DNA from: an uncultured Nitrospinota bacterium
GTDB lineage: Bacteria; Tectomicrobia; Entotheonellia; J063; CAVPRW01
DNA length: 64,000 nucleotides
Reading direction: 5' to 3'
NCBI GenBank assembly: GCA_963707985.1
Contig: CAVPRW010000014.1
Coordinates: forward strand, 160,001 to 224,000
In this document: one piece after another, positions 1-9,547 of the stretch
Numbering within the stretch: position 1 is the stretch's first letter
How the letters are laid out: each line of letters opens with the position of its first letter
Notes under the pieces: generated by a model
Database searches by the model: none
Seen by the model: the letters and a program-made list of their open reading frames with translations, nothing else
Told to the model about the DNA's origin: nothing
Program-made: the position numbers and the translations under genes

Positions 1-145
1 CGCCGCCGGCCGCCTCTGGCCCCACAACCCCCCTGGCTGACCTCCAGGCGCGACGATCGCGACGCCCCCCTGACCCGAGGGACCCCCCCCTGCAGCAGGT
101 CGGGGTGATCCCGGGCGAGACGGGCAAGACGGTAAGCATTTGCCC

Positions 146-680
146 GGTCGTGTACCCGATCGCTGCGGATAATTCCTTCGGCCTGAAAACCAGGTAAAAT
201 GGTCTCCTATCACCACCATGTAAGGGGGCCATGCCATGATCCCACACCTCGTCTACTATCAACTGGTGATCCTGGTCCTGCTCTGGTTGTGCGTCATGCT
301 GCCTCACCTCTGGCTGAGCCCGCGCCGTGGGATGCCCAAGAGGCCAGCTGATTCCATCACGCCCAAGCGTCAACGCTCTCGCGAGCCCAAACCGTTTGCG
401 GGCCTGACGCACAAGCCCCACTGTGCACGGTGTGAGCAAGAGACCGGGCAGAGTGCTCTAGCGCCTCCGGTGACGGCCCGATCCCATGCCTCCAACGAAT
501 CGCCGCCCCCGTACAGTGGATACCTCCATGCACTTTTGTCCCCACAGCGACTGTGACTATCGCGGCTGGCTGGGGCTGAACAATCTGCGGGCCAATGGCC
601 ATCCCAGTGGCGGCCCCTGGCGGCAGTTTCACTGCCTCGGGTGCAATGGCTATTTTCCAGAGCATCACGGCACGATTTTT
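146..680 (+). mobile_element. Truncated IS1-like element: putative left end plus 5' part of a transposase gene (236..680, frameshift near 473), cut off by the element at 681
   Basis: ORFs 236..556 and 486..698 join if one base near 473 is removed. The product has Cys motifs (HCARC, FCPHSDC, FHCLGC) and 'GTIF', paralleling CPNPQC...CTMC...GTAYF in the neighbouring IS1 transposase. 146 GGTCGTGTACCCGATCGC resembles that neighbour's terminal repeat. Confidence 0.6.
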
Positions 681-1993
681 GGTGGTGTCCCTCGGTAGCG
701 TGTATGAATATGAAGGAGCGATAAGCGAGAACGCTCGCTGTAAACTCCTGATGCACGACACACGGTCCGCATCAGGAGGGAGCCATGGAGTTCACTACAT
801 GCGACTGTCCTAACCCGCAATGCTCGCATGACAGCAGGTATGGCTTCGGCTCTCACCTGGTCCGTCGTGGAGTCGATCGCGGCATTCCTCGCCTATTGTG
901 TACCATGTGTAAGCGTACGTTTTCAGCCCGCCAAGGCACGGCGTACTTCGGGGTGCACGCGGAGGAGCCGAATGACACCATCGCCATGCGGGCACTAGCA
1001 GAAGGTAATTCCCTGCGAGGCACCGGCCGCATCGTCGGCGTCGATAAGGATACCGTCTGTGACTGGCTGGATCGAGCCGGACGGCATTGTCGGGCCGTGA
1101 CCACCTACCTGGTCGACAACTTGCATATCACTGAGTGCCAAGTGGACGAATTGTGGAGCTTCGTGCGTAAGTAAAGAAGCCCATCTGACCGTAGCCGAGA
1201 AGGTGCTGGCGCTCTATGGCGATGCCTGGGTATGGATCGCCTTCGCACCGACATGGCGCCTGGTGGCCGCCTTCGTGGTGGGCAAACGCGACCAAGAGAA
1301 CGCTAATATGCTGCTGGAGCGCCTGCAAGCCGTCAGTTGCGGGTATATTCCGTTCTTTACCAGTGATCAGTTGCCGTACGATGCTCATGCCTTGTTGCAC
1401 GTGTATGGCATGCCGGAGGTCATCCTGCATATCCCGGGTAAACGCGGGCCCAAGCCCACCCCCAAGCTCCTTCCACCTGCTGACTTGCACTATGCCCAGG
1501 TCGTCAAGCGCAGGAAAGGGGGACGCGTGGTCCACGTGACCACCAAGATCATCTTTGGCACGGAAGAGGCGGTGCAGGATCGCTTGGCCGTTTCCACGGT
1601 CAGTCAAACCATCAATACCAGGTTCGTCGAACGCAACAACTTGACGTGTCGCCAGTGTAATGGCCGTCTCTCGCGTAAGGTGCTCAGCTTTTCCAAAGAC
1701 CTGACCTGGTTAGAGAAGCATCTGTGGTTGAGCTTGGCCTATTATCACGTCGTGTTGCCGCATGACAGCTTGAGACATCGTTTACCGGAACCTCAACCGA
1801 CCCGGGGCTCTGGCTCACCCAAGGAATGGCAACCAGTCACGCCTGCTATGGCCGCAGGAATGACGGACCACATGTGGACTATGGAGGAGTTGCTGAGCTA
1901 TCGTGTGCCCCCGGACTTTCGCGACCGGCTCGATCAGCAAGCAACCAACGTCACTTCGTAGCCATGTTATACACGCGATCGAGGGACACCACC
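681..1993 (+). mobile_element. IS1-family insertion sequence, 1313 bp, with terminal inverted repeats
   Basis: Left end GGTGGTGTCCCTCGGTAGCGTGTAT (681) matches the reverse complement of the right end, GGTGGTGTCCCTCGATCGCGTGTAT (ends 1993). The element encloses a transposase gene. Confidence 0.85.
785..1961 (+). pseudogene. IS1-family transposase (Zn finger, HTH, DDE), split by an apparent 1-nt insertion near 1172
   Basis: Motifs CPNPQC...CTMC, HTH 'GNSLRGTGRIVGVDKDTV', 'QVDELWSFVRK', 'FTSDQL', 'VERNNLTCR' and 'TPAMAAG'. Removing the T in CGTAAG(T)AAAGAA restores one reading frame. Confidence 0.8.
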
Positions 1994-2163
1994 GTACCGT
2001 CGGGCGTCATGGGAATGAAGAAGTCATTCGCCAATATGTCAAGCCGCAAGGCAGCGAAAAGACGTATAAGAAGCTCCATCGTCAAGACGTCCAGATGGAG
2101 CTGTGTTGAGGGTTACGGGTTTTGGGGTTCGATACCCCGCAGCTTGCTGCGGGGAGCCTTCAT
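1994..2163 (+). mobile_element. IS200/IS605-family right-end remnant: TnpA C-terminus plus terminal hairpin
   Basis: Translates to TVGRHGNEEVIRQYVKPQG, the Y1 transposase helix carrying the catalytic Tyr and Gln. It is followed by hairpin CCCCGCAGC-TT-GCTGCGGGG (2135-2154) and TTCAT. Confidence 0.7.
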
Positions 2164-2280
2164 CTCCTCTAAGCCACGCAAGGCATTGGCGCTATCGCCG
2201 TTCTGTAAGCACTCGCGTACCCGCAACGCCACCGCGAGCGGGGATTCCATGGCGAGGAGTTCCCAATCGACAAAGGTGTG

Positions 2281-2308
2281 GGAAAACAGTCCCTGACACC
2301 TTTTGCCC
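2281..2308. repeat. REP-like sequence, left copy
   Basis: TCCCTGACACCTTT (2290-2303) is the exact reverse complement of 3027-3040, and the flanks are also similar. Confidence 0.65.
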
Positions 2309-2317
2309 TTTATCCCA

Positions 2318-2740
2318 CTATGACGGTGTGAACGGGTTCACCACGCGTACCCCCGTCTGGCGAAAGTCCGCCTGATTACGGGTGACGACGGTGAGGTCGT
2401 AAATCAGCGCCGTTGCCGCGATCTGCTTATCCAGGGCGTTCTCTGGATGCGGCACGCGAAGGCGACCCCAAAGCTGCGCAATATCTTGATCGATGTCCAG
2501 GATACCCTCCTGGTACTCGATACGCAGAGCTTCTAACCACGTCTCCAACCGCTCCGCCTGGCGATGGTCACCGCGATGGCGGATCAATTCAACGCCTCGC
2601 CGCAGCTCCCCAACCGTGATCACGGAGAGAAAAACAGGGATCCTCTCCGCTGTGATCCGGCGAAAGAACTCGCGCACGCCTCGGTTGGCTTTGGCGCGCT
2701 TTCTTGCCTCACTGATAACATTGGTATCAATCAAATACAT
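2318..2740 (-). CDS. PIN-domain toxin (VapC/FitB family)
   Basis: MYLIDTNVISE...LSVITVGELRRG...ALDKQIAATALIYDLTVVTRNQADF; the conserved acidic PIN residues are present. Confidence 0.92.
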   Translation of the reverse strand: MYLIDTNVISEARKRAKANRGVREFFRRITAERIPVFLSVITVGELRRGVELIRHRGDHRQAERLETWLEALRIEYQEGILDIDQDIAQLWGRLRVPHPENALDKQIAATALIYDLTVVTRNQADFRQTGVRVVNPFTPS

Positions 2741-2966
2741 GTACGTCTTCGTCGGCGTCCTCGAGGCGCTCGAAATCCTCATCCTGTCCGACATTCGGCA
2801 TCGAGGCCAGGGCTTCCGCAAAGCTCCTCTTCTGAGGCGTCACTAACAATACTTCTTCAAGGATCGCCCGGTGTTCGGCTTCGGCGCTCCTCCCATGCCT
2901 GGCCGCACGCTGTTTGAGCGCATCGACGACGCGTTGATCAAGATTCCTGACCACAAGGTTCGCCAT
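2727..2966 (-). CDS. Ribbon-helix-helix antitoxin (FitA-like)
   Basis: MANLVVRNLDQRVVDALKQRAARHGRSAEAEHRAIL is the FitA/StbC pattern; the gene overlaps the toxin start. Confidence 0.9.
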   Translation of the reverse strand: MANLVVRNLDQRVVDALKQRAARHGRSAEAEHRAILEEVLLVTPQKRSFAEALASMPNVGQDEDFERLEDADEDVHVFD

Positions 2967-2992
2967 CTCTTCCCCCTTCTCCGCACCCTGAA

Positions 2993-3009
2993 TGATAGCA
3001 ATGATAGCA
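2993..3009 (-). promoter_or_regulatory. Probable autoregulatory operator of the FitAB-like module
   Basis: Two tandem TGATAGCA copies (2993-3000, 3002-3009) lie just upstream of the antitoxin. The octamer matches the Neisseria FitAB half-site. Confidence 0.55.
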
Positions 3010-3022
3010 TACTTTCAGAAGA

Positions 3023-3050
3023 GGGTAAAGGTGTCAGGGAACCTTTTTCC
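3023..3050. repeat. REP-like sequence, right copy (inverted)
   Basis: GGGTAAAGGTGTCAGGGAACCTTTTTCC is inverted relative to 2281-2308 and is itself an imperfect palindrome. Confidence 0.65.
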
Positions 3051-3115
3051 TGCGGTTGCCGCGGTCGGTCGCGTGGACGGAAGGTCGATTCCGGGCGCAA
3101 TTGTGCGGCGGTGCG
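3045..3115 (-). pseudogene. Possible 3' remnant of a REP-associated tyrosine transposase (RAYT)
   Basis: The minus strand reads RTAAQLRPESTFRPRDRPRQ directly into the REP copy. This resembles the 'LGLESTLRPRGRPRK' tail I recall from RAYTs. Confidence 0.4.
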
Positions 3116-3937
3116 TGGCGGCCAAACCGGACTGCCGACGGAGCAGACGCTCAGCCGGCTGGGGATGGCCGACGACGCCGAGGGCCGGGCGGTCTTCCCC
3201 TGGCCCTGGCCGCTGCTGGAGCAGCTGCGCCAGTGGCTGTGCTCGTACCTGGACCACCTCGGCCAGGCCTCCAGCCACCGGCTGCTCCAGGGGCTGCGGC
3301 AGCGCTACCCCTGGCTCGACGAGTATGTGCACTGGCAAGGGAGCAGGGTCGTGTACCGCTGTCCCGTGCCCCGGCGTCGCCTGCCAGCCCTCAAGTCGGT
3401 GTTGTGGCGCAGCGGTCTTCCGGTGGCGTGGATCGGGGAGACGGGCCGCCGTCTGGGGACGATCGCCGAGCGCGCCTCTGGCTCTTCCTGCAGTGGGGCC
3501 CGACTCTTGGGGAGGCATTGGTCTCACTCCATCCTGCGTGTTTCTGCCTGATCCTGCGTCTTGTCTATTGGCTTAGCAAGCCCTGCTGCCCATTTCCGCA
3601 GCAGTCTGATCCAAAACGGCGGATAGAGCGTGCACTTCGCTTGCTGGGTGGTGGGATGTTTGGGCGCAACTTGCTTGAGCACCCGATAATAGAGTGCTGC
3701 GGTTTCCCGCTCGCCTGTGGACTTTCCTGAAGAGGTCTGCAATGTGAGCGCGTACCTGGGGGGGAAGGCGCTTGAGGGAGCCCACCTTGTCATTGAGCAT
3801 GCGCTGGATTTGCCTTCGCATCGTGTCCAGGCGTATCATGTCGTGAGCGTCGTAGACAGCACCTTGTGGTTCCGAGATGAGGACACTGCCGTTCATCATG
3901 GCGATCTCCACGCCTGACATGCGGAGGGATACGCGCA

Positions 3938-4443
3938 TGAGCGCCAAAAGAGCGCGGAAACAGCAACGACGTGCCAGAAAACGCAAGGCGCAACGAGCCC
4001 GTCAGCCTTCAGGTCAGCAGATCCTCCTCAAACGTGCCCAACAATCGGACTATTTGAAAGACGCACAGATCGTGGTGAACCCCGGTGACCTGGAAAAGAT
4101 GTCCGATGTCATTCTGCAGTTTGCCGAACCCCTCATACAAGGTCCAGCTGGCGTCATCAGCAAAAATGCGATTCGGTTGGCCATAGCTGTGTGGAATGCG
4201 TCACTCCTCCCCAAAGCTGAACAATCGGAAACCCTGAAAGCCCTTGTCGATATGCTACCGGAAGACGATCAAGACGCGCGACGCGAACTGGCCGCCGCCT
4301 TCGACATGCTCCTGGCCCGTAAACGACGCTATTTCGCCAAGAATACACGGGTGATCCTCGATTATCAGATCACCGAATCGGCTGACATGGTGCACCTGGA
4401 TGTGATTTCAACGCCGGGGAAGGCATACCATTTGCCCCAGTAG
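3938..4443 (+). CDS. Hypothetical protein with a basic N-terminus
   Basis: GGAGG RBS before ATG 3938; protein-like ORF (EKMSDVILQFAEPLI...AIAVWNASLLP); 13 bp upstream of the next gene. Confidence 0.65.
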
Positions 4444-4456
4444 GAAGGTATCCGCC

Positions 4457-6013
4457 ATGGATTTTCGCGCCCATCGACCACAGCGACACCTTGGACGCAG
4501 CGAACGGTCGCTGGTGAAAATCGCCCAGGAACTGGCGCGATTCCTGACCAAAGCCCAGCGATCACTGACGTTTGAGACATTGCATCTCTCCAATCGAACA
4601 CGCGAAACATTAGCGCATATCTTGGTGGAGTTTGCCGAAGACTTGCACCAAGACATTGGCATCTGGAGCAGTCTTGAACACTATAATGTCGAATGCTTTG
4701 GCACAAAACTCCCCTGCATTCTCCAGCCAGAGGCGGCGATGGACGCCGCACTGATCAATCCCGACCGCGTTCAGTTCCTACTATGGACGCTCTATAGCCA
4801 GCTGGCACCCGATCTGATCCTCGCTCCTAACCATCAGGACTTAGAGCGGCTTGCTCGATGGACTGCCGAATTTCTCCAAGAGCGCTTTGCTCACGTGCAG
4901 TACGACTCGGGCGTGAAGAGCTTCCTGACGACGCCCAATCACTATGGCTGGGAGGTGAAGCGAAAACTCGTCTGGTTGGGGCAGCACTCGTATCTCTTTC
5001 GCTTGAGTTGTGAGCGTTATATCCATACCCACGGTGGCACACCCGACATTCCCACCCTGGATGATTTCCTCTGTCAAGAGAACACGTGCTGGTCTGGATT
5101 GGGCGTCATTGACATTCTGGCGGCAGCATTGGACATTCCCGAAGGCCAGCGCCACGATCTGCGCAGTTGGTATGAACGGCATACCGCCTACTTTCGCGTT
5201 GCCTCGGTGCATGTATCCCTCATGGAAATGCAGAATATTCTGAACGAGCAGTCCTATACGGTCAGAGTAGATGAGCACGCCCGCCAGTTTCAGGCGTATC
5301 GGTTGGTGTTTGGGAGTCTCGTCCCATGGGATGGCGCATGGTATTGGTCTGGGATGCAACGTGGGTTTGATACCGTCACAGAAGACATTATTGAGCAAGT
5401 CAAGCAGGATTTTCACTTGCAGGCTCCACAGATTGTCTATCGGTATTGTGGGCACCTGGCCGCGCAAGCGCGAGAGATCGTGAGCAAGCATTATCAGCAA
5501 TTTATGGACTATTTTGGCAAGGACCTTGTCATCTACCCTGATGGCAATGCGATGGCTGATGATATGCGAAAATTCCATCAGTATCAGTTTGACTCGGCTC
5601 CAAAGCAGGATGTTGAAGCCTTTCTCCAAAAACATCATCTTGCCAAGCCATCTCCAAAAATGGAACTACCGCCCGATATCCTTGAATGCCATGATGGGAT
5701 TGGTGTCTATTTTAATCCGGATGAAGGGCAAGAAATGATGACGAGCTTCGACATGTGATCAGTGGTTTTCACAAACAAGGTAAAGGTTTGAACGAAGATG
5801 AGTCTGAAATGATCAGGCAATTGTTGTACTCAGATGCTATCAGCCCGCAATTTGTGAGAAAACTCGTTCAGGATTATGGTGATGCATCGATTGCGTCAGC
5901 ATTTTTAATTCCTGCAAGACTATGACAAGCATTACTTGGAGTATTTGCTGCGACGATATAAAGGACATTTCTACCGCAAGCGTTATCCAAGCCTCACGAT
6001 TGTCAACACCTGA
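4457..6013 (+). CDS. DUF3843-like hypothetical protein, with apparent frameshifts near 5753 and 5914
   Basis: 433-aa ORF (EFAEDLHQDIGIW...INPDRVQFLLWTL). Coding-like sequence continues in other frames to LLRRYKGHFYRKRYPSLTIVNT* at 6013. The family assignment is from recalled similarity. Confidence 0.55.
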
Positions 6014-6083
6014 GGCAAAGCGACCTCACACCCCAACCGACATGCTGTATGCCGCACGCCGCCTTCCGCCTTCGGCAGGCTTT

Positions 6084-7418
6084 CTACTGTAAGGCATAGA
6101 CGACGCCGTCCATCGCCGCCACATATACTTGCCCGTCACCGACGACGGGGGTGGCATGGATTGGACCACTCGCCGTAAATTGCCACTGAAGCGTCCCGTG
6201 GCGTGCATCCAGGGCGGTTAGCGTTTGGTCGTACGAGGCCACATAGAGTATGTCACCGGCTACTACCGGTGAGGCAGCGATCGCCTTCCGCGCCGCAAAG
6301 GACCAGCGCGGCGTCCCCGTGTGCAGCTCAAGCGCTACAAGAGTGCCACGCTCGGATGCCACATAGACGAGGTCATGGGCCACCGCTGCCGAGGCCACAA
6401 TGGGGCCATCGGCGCGGTACTGCCAGCGAGAGCCTGGCAGGGGTGGTGGCGGACCGGTAATGCCCCAGACGAAGAGCGTCGTCTGCACCCAGCGCCAGTC
6501 GTACGTCCATCGCTGCCCCAGCGTACGTGCATCAAGAGCCCTGAACCAGCGATCCTCGCCGCCAAAACACACCAGGCCCTCAGCAACGGCAGGGGTAGCA
6601 CGGATGGCCTGCGGTGTGCGGTAGTGCCAGCGCGTTACTCCTGTGTGGCGATCGATAAGGTACAGCGCACCATCGTTCGACCCCACATAGACGAGATCAT
6701 CCAGCAGAGCTGGAGACGAATGCAGCCATCCTTCCGCACGGGCGCGCCAACGCTCCACACCACTGACAGCGTCGAGGGCATACACATAGCCATCTGTGGA
6801 GCTGATGTAGAGGACTCCCTCATGTACCAGCGGCGAGGCATAGATGGGATTGCCTGTCTCAATGCTCCAGCGTATGACCCTATCGGTGACTTGAATGGCC
6901 AGCAGTTGGCCATCACGCAGGCCAATGTAGAGTAATTCTCCCACCAGGGCAGGTGACGAGTCCAGCGGCCCCAACTCCTAGAGTTGCCAAATAATACTGC
7001 CTTCGCTGCGGTGCAGACGGTAAAGCCGTCCTTTCGTATCGCCAACATATAGGCTATCGCCTGCGATGATGGGCGACGAGATGAACCCCGCCCCGATGAC
7101 CAACTCCCACTGCACCTGCCCGACAGGTGCTGGGCTAGGCTGTGCTTGCACACCAGTCCGTTGGGCGTTGCCACGCCACATGGTCCAGTCGCCATTCTCC
7201 CCTTCCGATGATAGCGACGGTTGTTGTGGCAAGGGATGCAAACGTCCACACCACAGTCTGACGTCATCCCGGTAACTCCACGCGACCAGCTGTAAAAGGA
7301 CGCCGAGTCCTAAAGAACCCCATGTGGTCCGCGTCATCAATGACCGATTTCCCGTCCTGGGCGAGCACAAGCCTAAGCGACCTGCATGCCTCTTGGGACG
7401 TAGGCTGTTACTATCCAT
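6084..7418 (-). CDS. PQQ-binding-like beta-propeller repeat protein with N-terminal membrane anchor, interrupted by an in-frame TAG at 6978-6980
   Basis: Repeated 'SSPxxxxxxxYVGxxDGxLYALDxxxGxxxW' units plus WTMWRGNAQRTG. ORFs 6978..7418 and 6084..6974 are in the same frame. Confidence 0.8.
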
Positions 7419-7487
7419 TGATGCGAGTGCCCAGCGGCACGTCGATGCCCACTCAGGATGCCGGGTGACAGATATACCTATGGGAGG

Positions 7488-8408
7488 CTATGGCCCACCC
7501 CGAAGCCGAGGGTCGAGCAGATCCCGCAGGGCATCGCCGAACATATTGAAGCCGAACACCGCAGAGCTCAGGGCCACCCCTGGCCAGATGGCCAGCCAAG
7601 GCGCCTGATACATGTAGCTCAGTCCCTGCAAGCTCAGCATCCCCCCCCAGGTGGGATGTGGCGGTGGTACTCCAAACCCGAGGAAGCTCAGGGAGGCTTC
7701 GATGAGGATGAGATTACCGAGGCCAATCGTTGCCACCACGATGATGATGGCCGCCACATTGGGCAGCATGTGGAGCAGCATGATTCGCAGATTGCTACTG
7801 CCAAAGGCCTGGGCCGCTTCGATGTAGGCGTTTTCCTTCACCGACAGCGCGGCACCGCGGATAATCCGTGAGTTTTGAATACCGAAGCTTACCCCTAAGA
7901 CTGTCGTGACATTGAGGAGTCCTGGACCCAGCAGCGACATGATCGTGAGCAAGAGGAGGAGACCGGGGAAGGATTCCCACGCATCGACAAAACGCTGCAC
8001 GCAGAGGTCATAGCGGCCCCCGAAGAAGGCTGAGGTCACGCCGATGAGTGTGGCCAGCAGGACCCCCAGGGCTGCGGCCCCCAAGGAGACGGTCAAAGAC
8101 ACGCGGGTCCCGTAGATGATGCGGCTGAGCAGATCGCGGCCGAGTTGGTCGGTTCCCAACCAGTGTTCTAGACTTGATCCCCGAAAGCGGTGGAGCAGGC
8201 TCGTCTGTGCATAGCCATATGGGGCGAGGACGTCCGCGAAGATGGCCACGCCAAGCAGTGCGACGACGATGCCGGCACCGATCACGCCCAGGGGCTTCTC
8301 GCGCACCATGCGGACGCAGACCTCAAGAAAGGGGGGTCGCACACGTGCTCCAGCCTTCTGCGGGCTGACCTCTGCATCCGCCACCGCGCTGCCGTGCGTC
8401 ATCTCCAT
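7488..8408 (-). CDS. Peptide/nickel ABC transporter permease (DppC/OppC family)
   Basis: HWLGTDQLGRDLLSRIIYG, EAA loop, EASLSFLGFG, GDALRDLLDPR. Confidence 0.93.
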   Translation of the reverse strand: MEMTHGSAVADAEVSPQKAGARVRPPFLEVCVRMVREKPLGVIGAGIVVALLGVAIFADVLAPYGYAQTSLLHRFRGSSLEHWLGTDQLGRDLLSRIIYGTRVSLTVSLGAAALGVLLATLIGVTSAFFGGRYDLCVQRFVDAWESFPGLLLLLTIMSLLGPGLLNVTTVLGVSFGIQNSRIIRGAALSVKENAYIEAAQAFGSSNLRIMLLHMLPNVAAIIIVVATIGLGNLILIEASLSFLGFGVPPPHPTWGGMLSLQGLSYMYQAPWLAIWPGVALSSAVFGFNMFGDALRDLLDPRLRGGP

Positions 8409-8438
8409 CTCCCTCGGTGTGCGCCTGCTCCCGCTACT

Positions 8439-8524
8439 CCCTCACCCTAGCCCTCTCCCGGCGGGAGAGGGCATACCGTCTGAATGTTTATCCTGGTGCC
8501 TGTGCCCCATGGGGATGAGGGGGA
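8439..8524. repeat. Intergenic REP-like palindromic element
   Basis: CCCTCACCCTAGCCCTCTCCCGGCGGGAGAGGG hairpin (8439-8471), a widespread extragenic palindrome type, with a degenerate second hairpin near 8499-8524. Confidence 0.6.
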
Positions 8525-9469
8525 TCAGCGATACCGAATGCGGGGATCCAGGTATGCGTAACTGAAATCGACGATGAGATTCAAGACGAGCGTGAAGGTG
8601 GCGACGATCATATTGATGCTCTGCACCACTGGGTAATCCCGCCGAATCAGCGCCTCAAAGAAAAAATGCCCGATGCCAGGCAAGCGGAAGATGGACTCGA
8701 TGATCACCGATCCCCCCAGATAGAAGTGGATCTGCAGGCCGAGGATGCTCACGACCGGGATCATGGCGTTTTTGATAGCATGTTTGAAGATGACCCTACG
8801 CTCCGGCAAACCTTTCGCCCAGGCGGTGCGAATGTAATCCTGGCGCTGCACCTCCAGCATGGACGAACGCATCACGCGCATGATCGGCCCCGCTCTCGAC
8901 ACGCCGAACACCAGAGCGGGGAAGATCAAGATCTTGAGGTTCTCCAGCGGATCGGTGGTCAACGGCACATAGGTCCACAGCGGCGTCCAGCGAAAATAAA
9001 TGGCTGGCAATACCACCACCAGGATCGCCAGCCAGAAGTATGGCATTGCCAGCGCCAGGATGGCCACCACGCGCCCGATATAATCGAGCCAACTCTCCTG
9101 CCGCACAGCCGACAGCACCCCCACACCGACCCCGAACGTAACTGAGACGATGATGGTCAGGAGAGCCAGCTCCAGGGTCACCGGGAAGCGCCGAGCAAAT
9201 TCCTCCACAATGCTTTCCTTTGTCCACAATGAATGCCCCAGATCACCGCGCAGGAGGGCGCTCATCCATTCCAGATACTGGATGTGCATCGGCTTGTCGA
9301 GGCCGAGGTCCCGCCGTAACGCCTCCACGGAGTCGGCATAGGCGTAACCTTCCAGCATCTGCAGGACCACATCCCCTGGAATCAGCCGCATCATGAGAAA
9401 GACCAGGATCGTCACCAGGAAGAGCGTGGGCACCATCAACAGCACGCGTTTGAGGAGGTATTCACGCAT
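8525..9469 (-). CDS. Peptide/nickel ABC transporter permease (DppB/OppB family)
   Basis: LIPGD...LGLDKP...RSSMLEVQRQDYIRTAWAKGL...RDYPVVQ...LDPRIRY. Confidence 0.93.
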   Translation of the reverse strand: MREYLLKRVLLMVPTLFLVTILVFLMMRLIPGDVVLQMLEGYAYADSVEALRRDLGLDKPMHIQYLEWMSALLRGDLGHSLWTKESIVEEFARRFPVTLELALLTIIVSVTFGVGVGVLSAVRQESWLDYIGRVVAILALAMPYFWLAILVVVLPAIYFRWTPLWTYVPLTTDPLENLKILIFPALVFGVSRAGPIMRVMRSSMLEVQRQDYIRTAWAKGLPERRVIFKHAIKNAMIPVVSILGLQIHFYLGGSVIIESIFRLPGIGHFFFEALIRRDYPVVQSINMIVATFTLVLNLIVDFSYAYLDPRIRYR

Positions 9470-9547
9470 GGATGATCCTCTAAATACACGGCCGAGGACT
9501 GTGCGCTGAGAACTGCGTCATGGCCTTGTGCCGCCCCCAGCACGGTT

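Noticed and set aside
1160..1185. Programmed -1 frameshift as in classical IS1 insA-insB
   Set aside because: There is no A6C slippery site and the shift needed is +1, matching the other single-base insertions in the window.
3524..3986. Minus-strand ORFs 3573..3986 and 3524..3793 as a gene
   Set aside because: No recognisable motif, partial overlap with the plus-strand gene, and a frameshift would be needed; possibly a remnant but unsupported.
6084..7418. Calling the propeller BamB or a PQQ dehydrogenase
   Set aside because: No clear lipobox, no bam/der context and no recognisable dehydrogenase catalytic motifs; only the repeat fold is supported.
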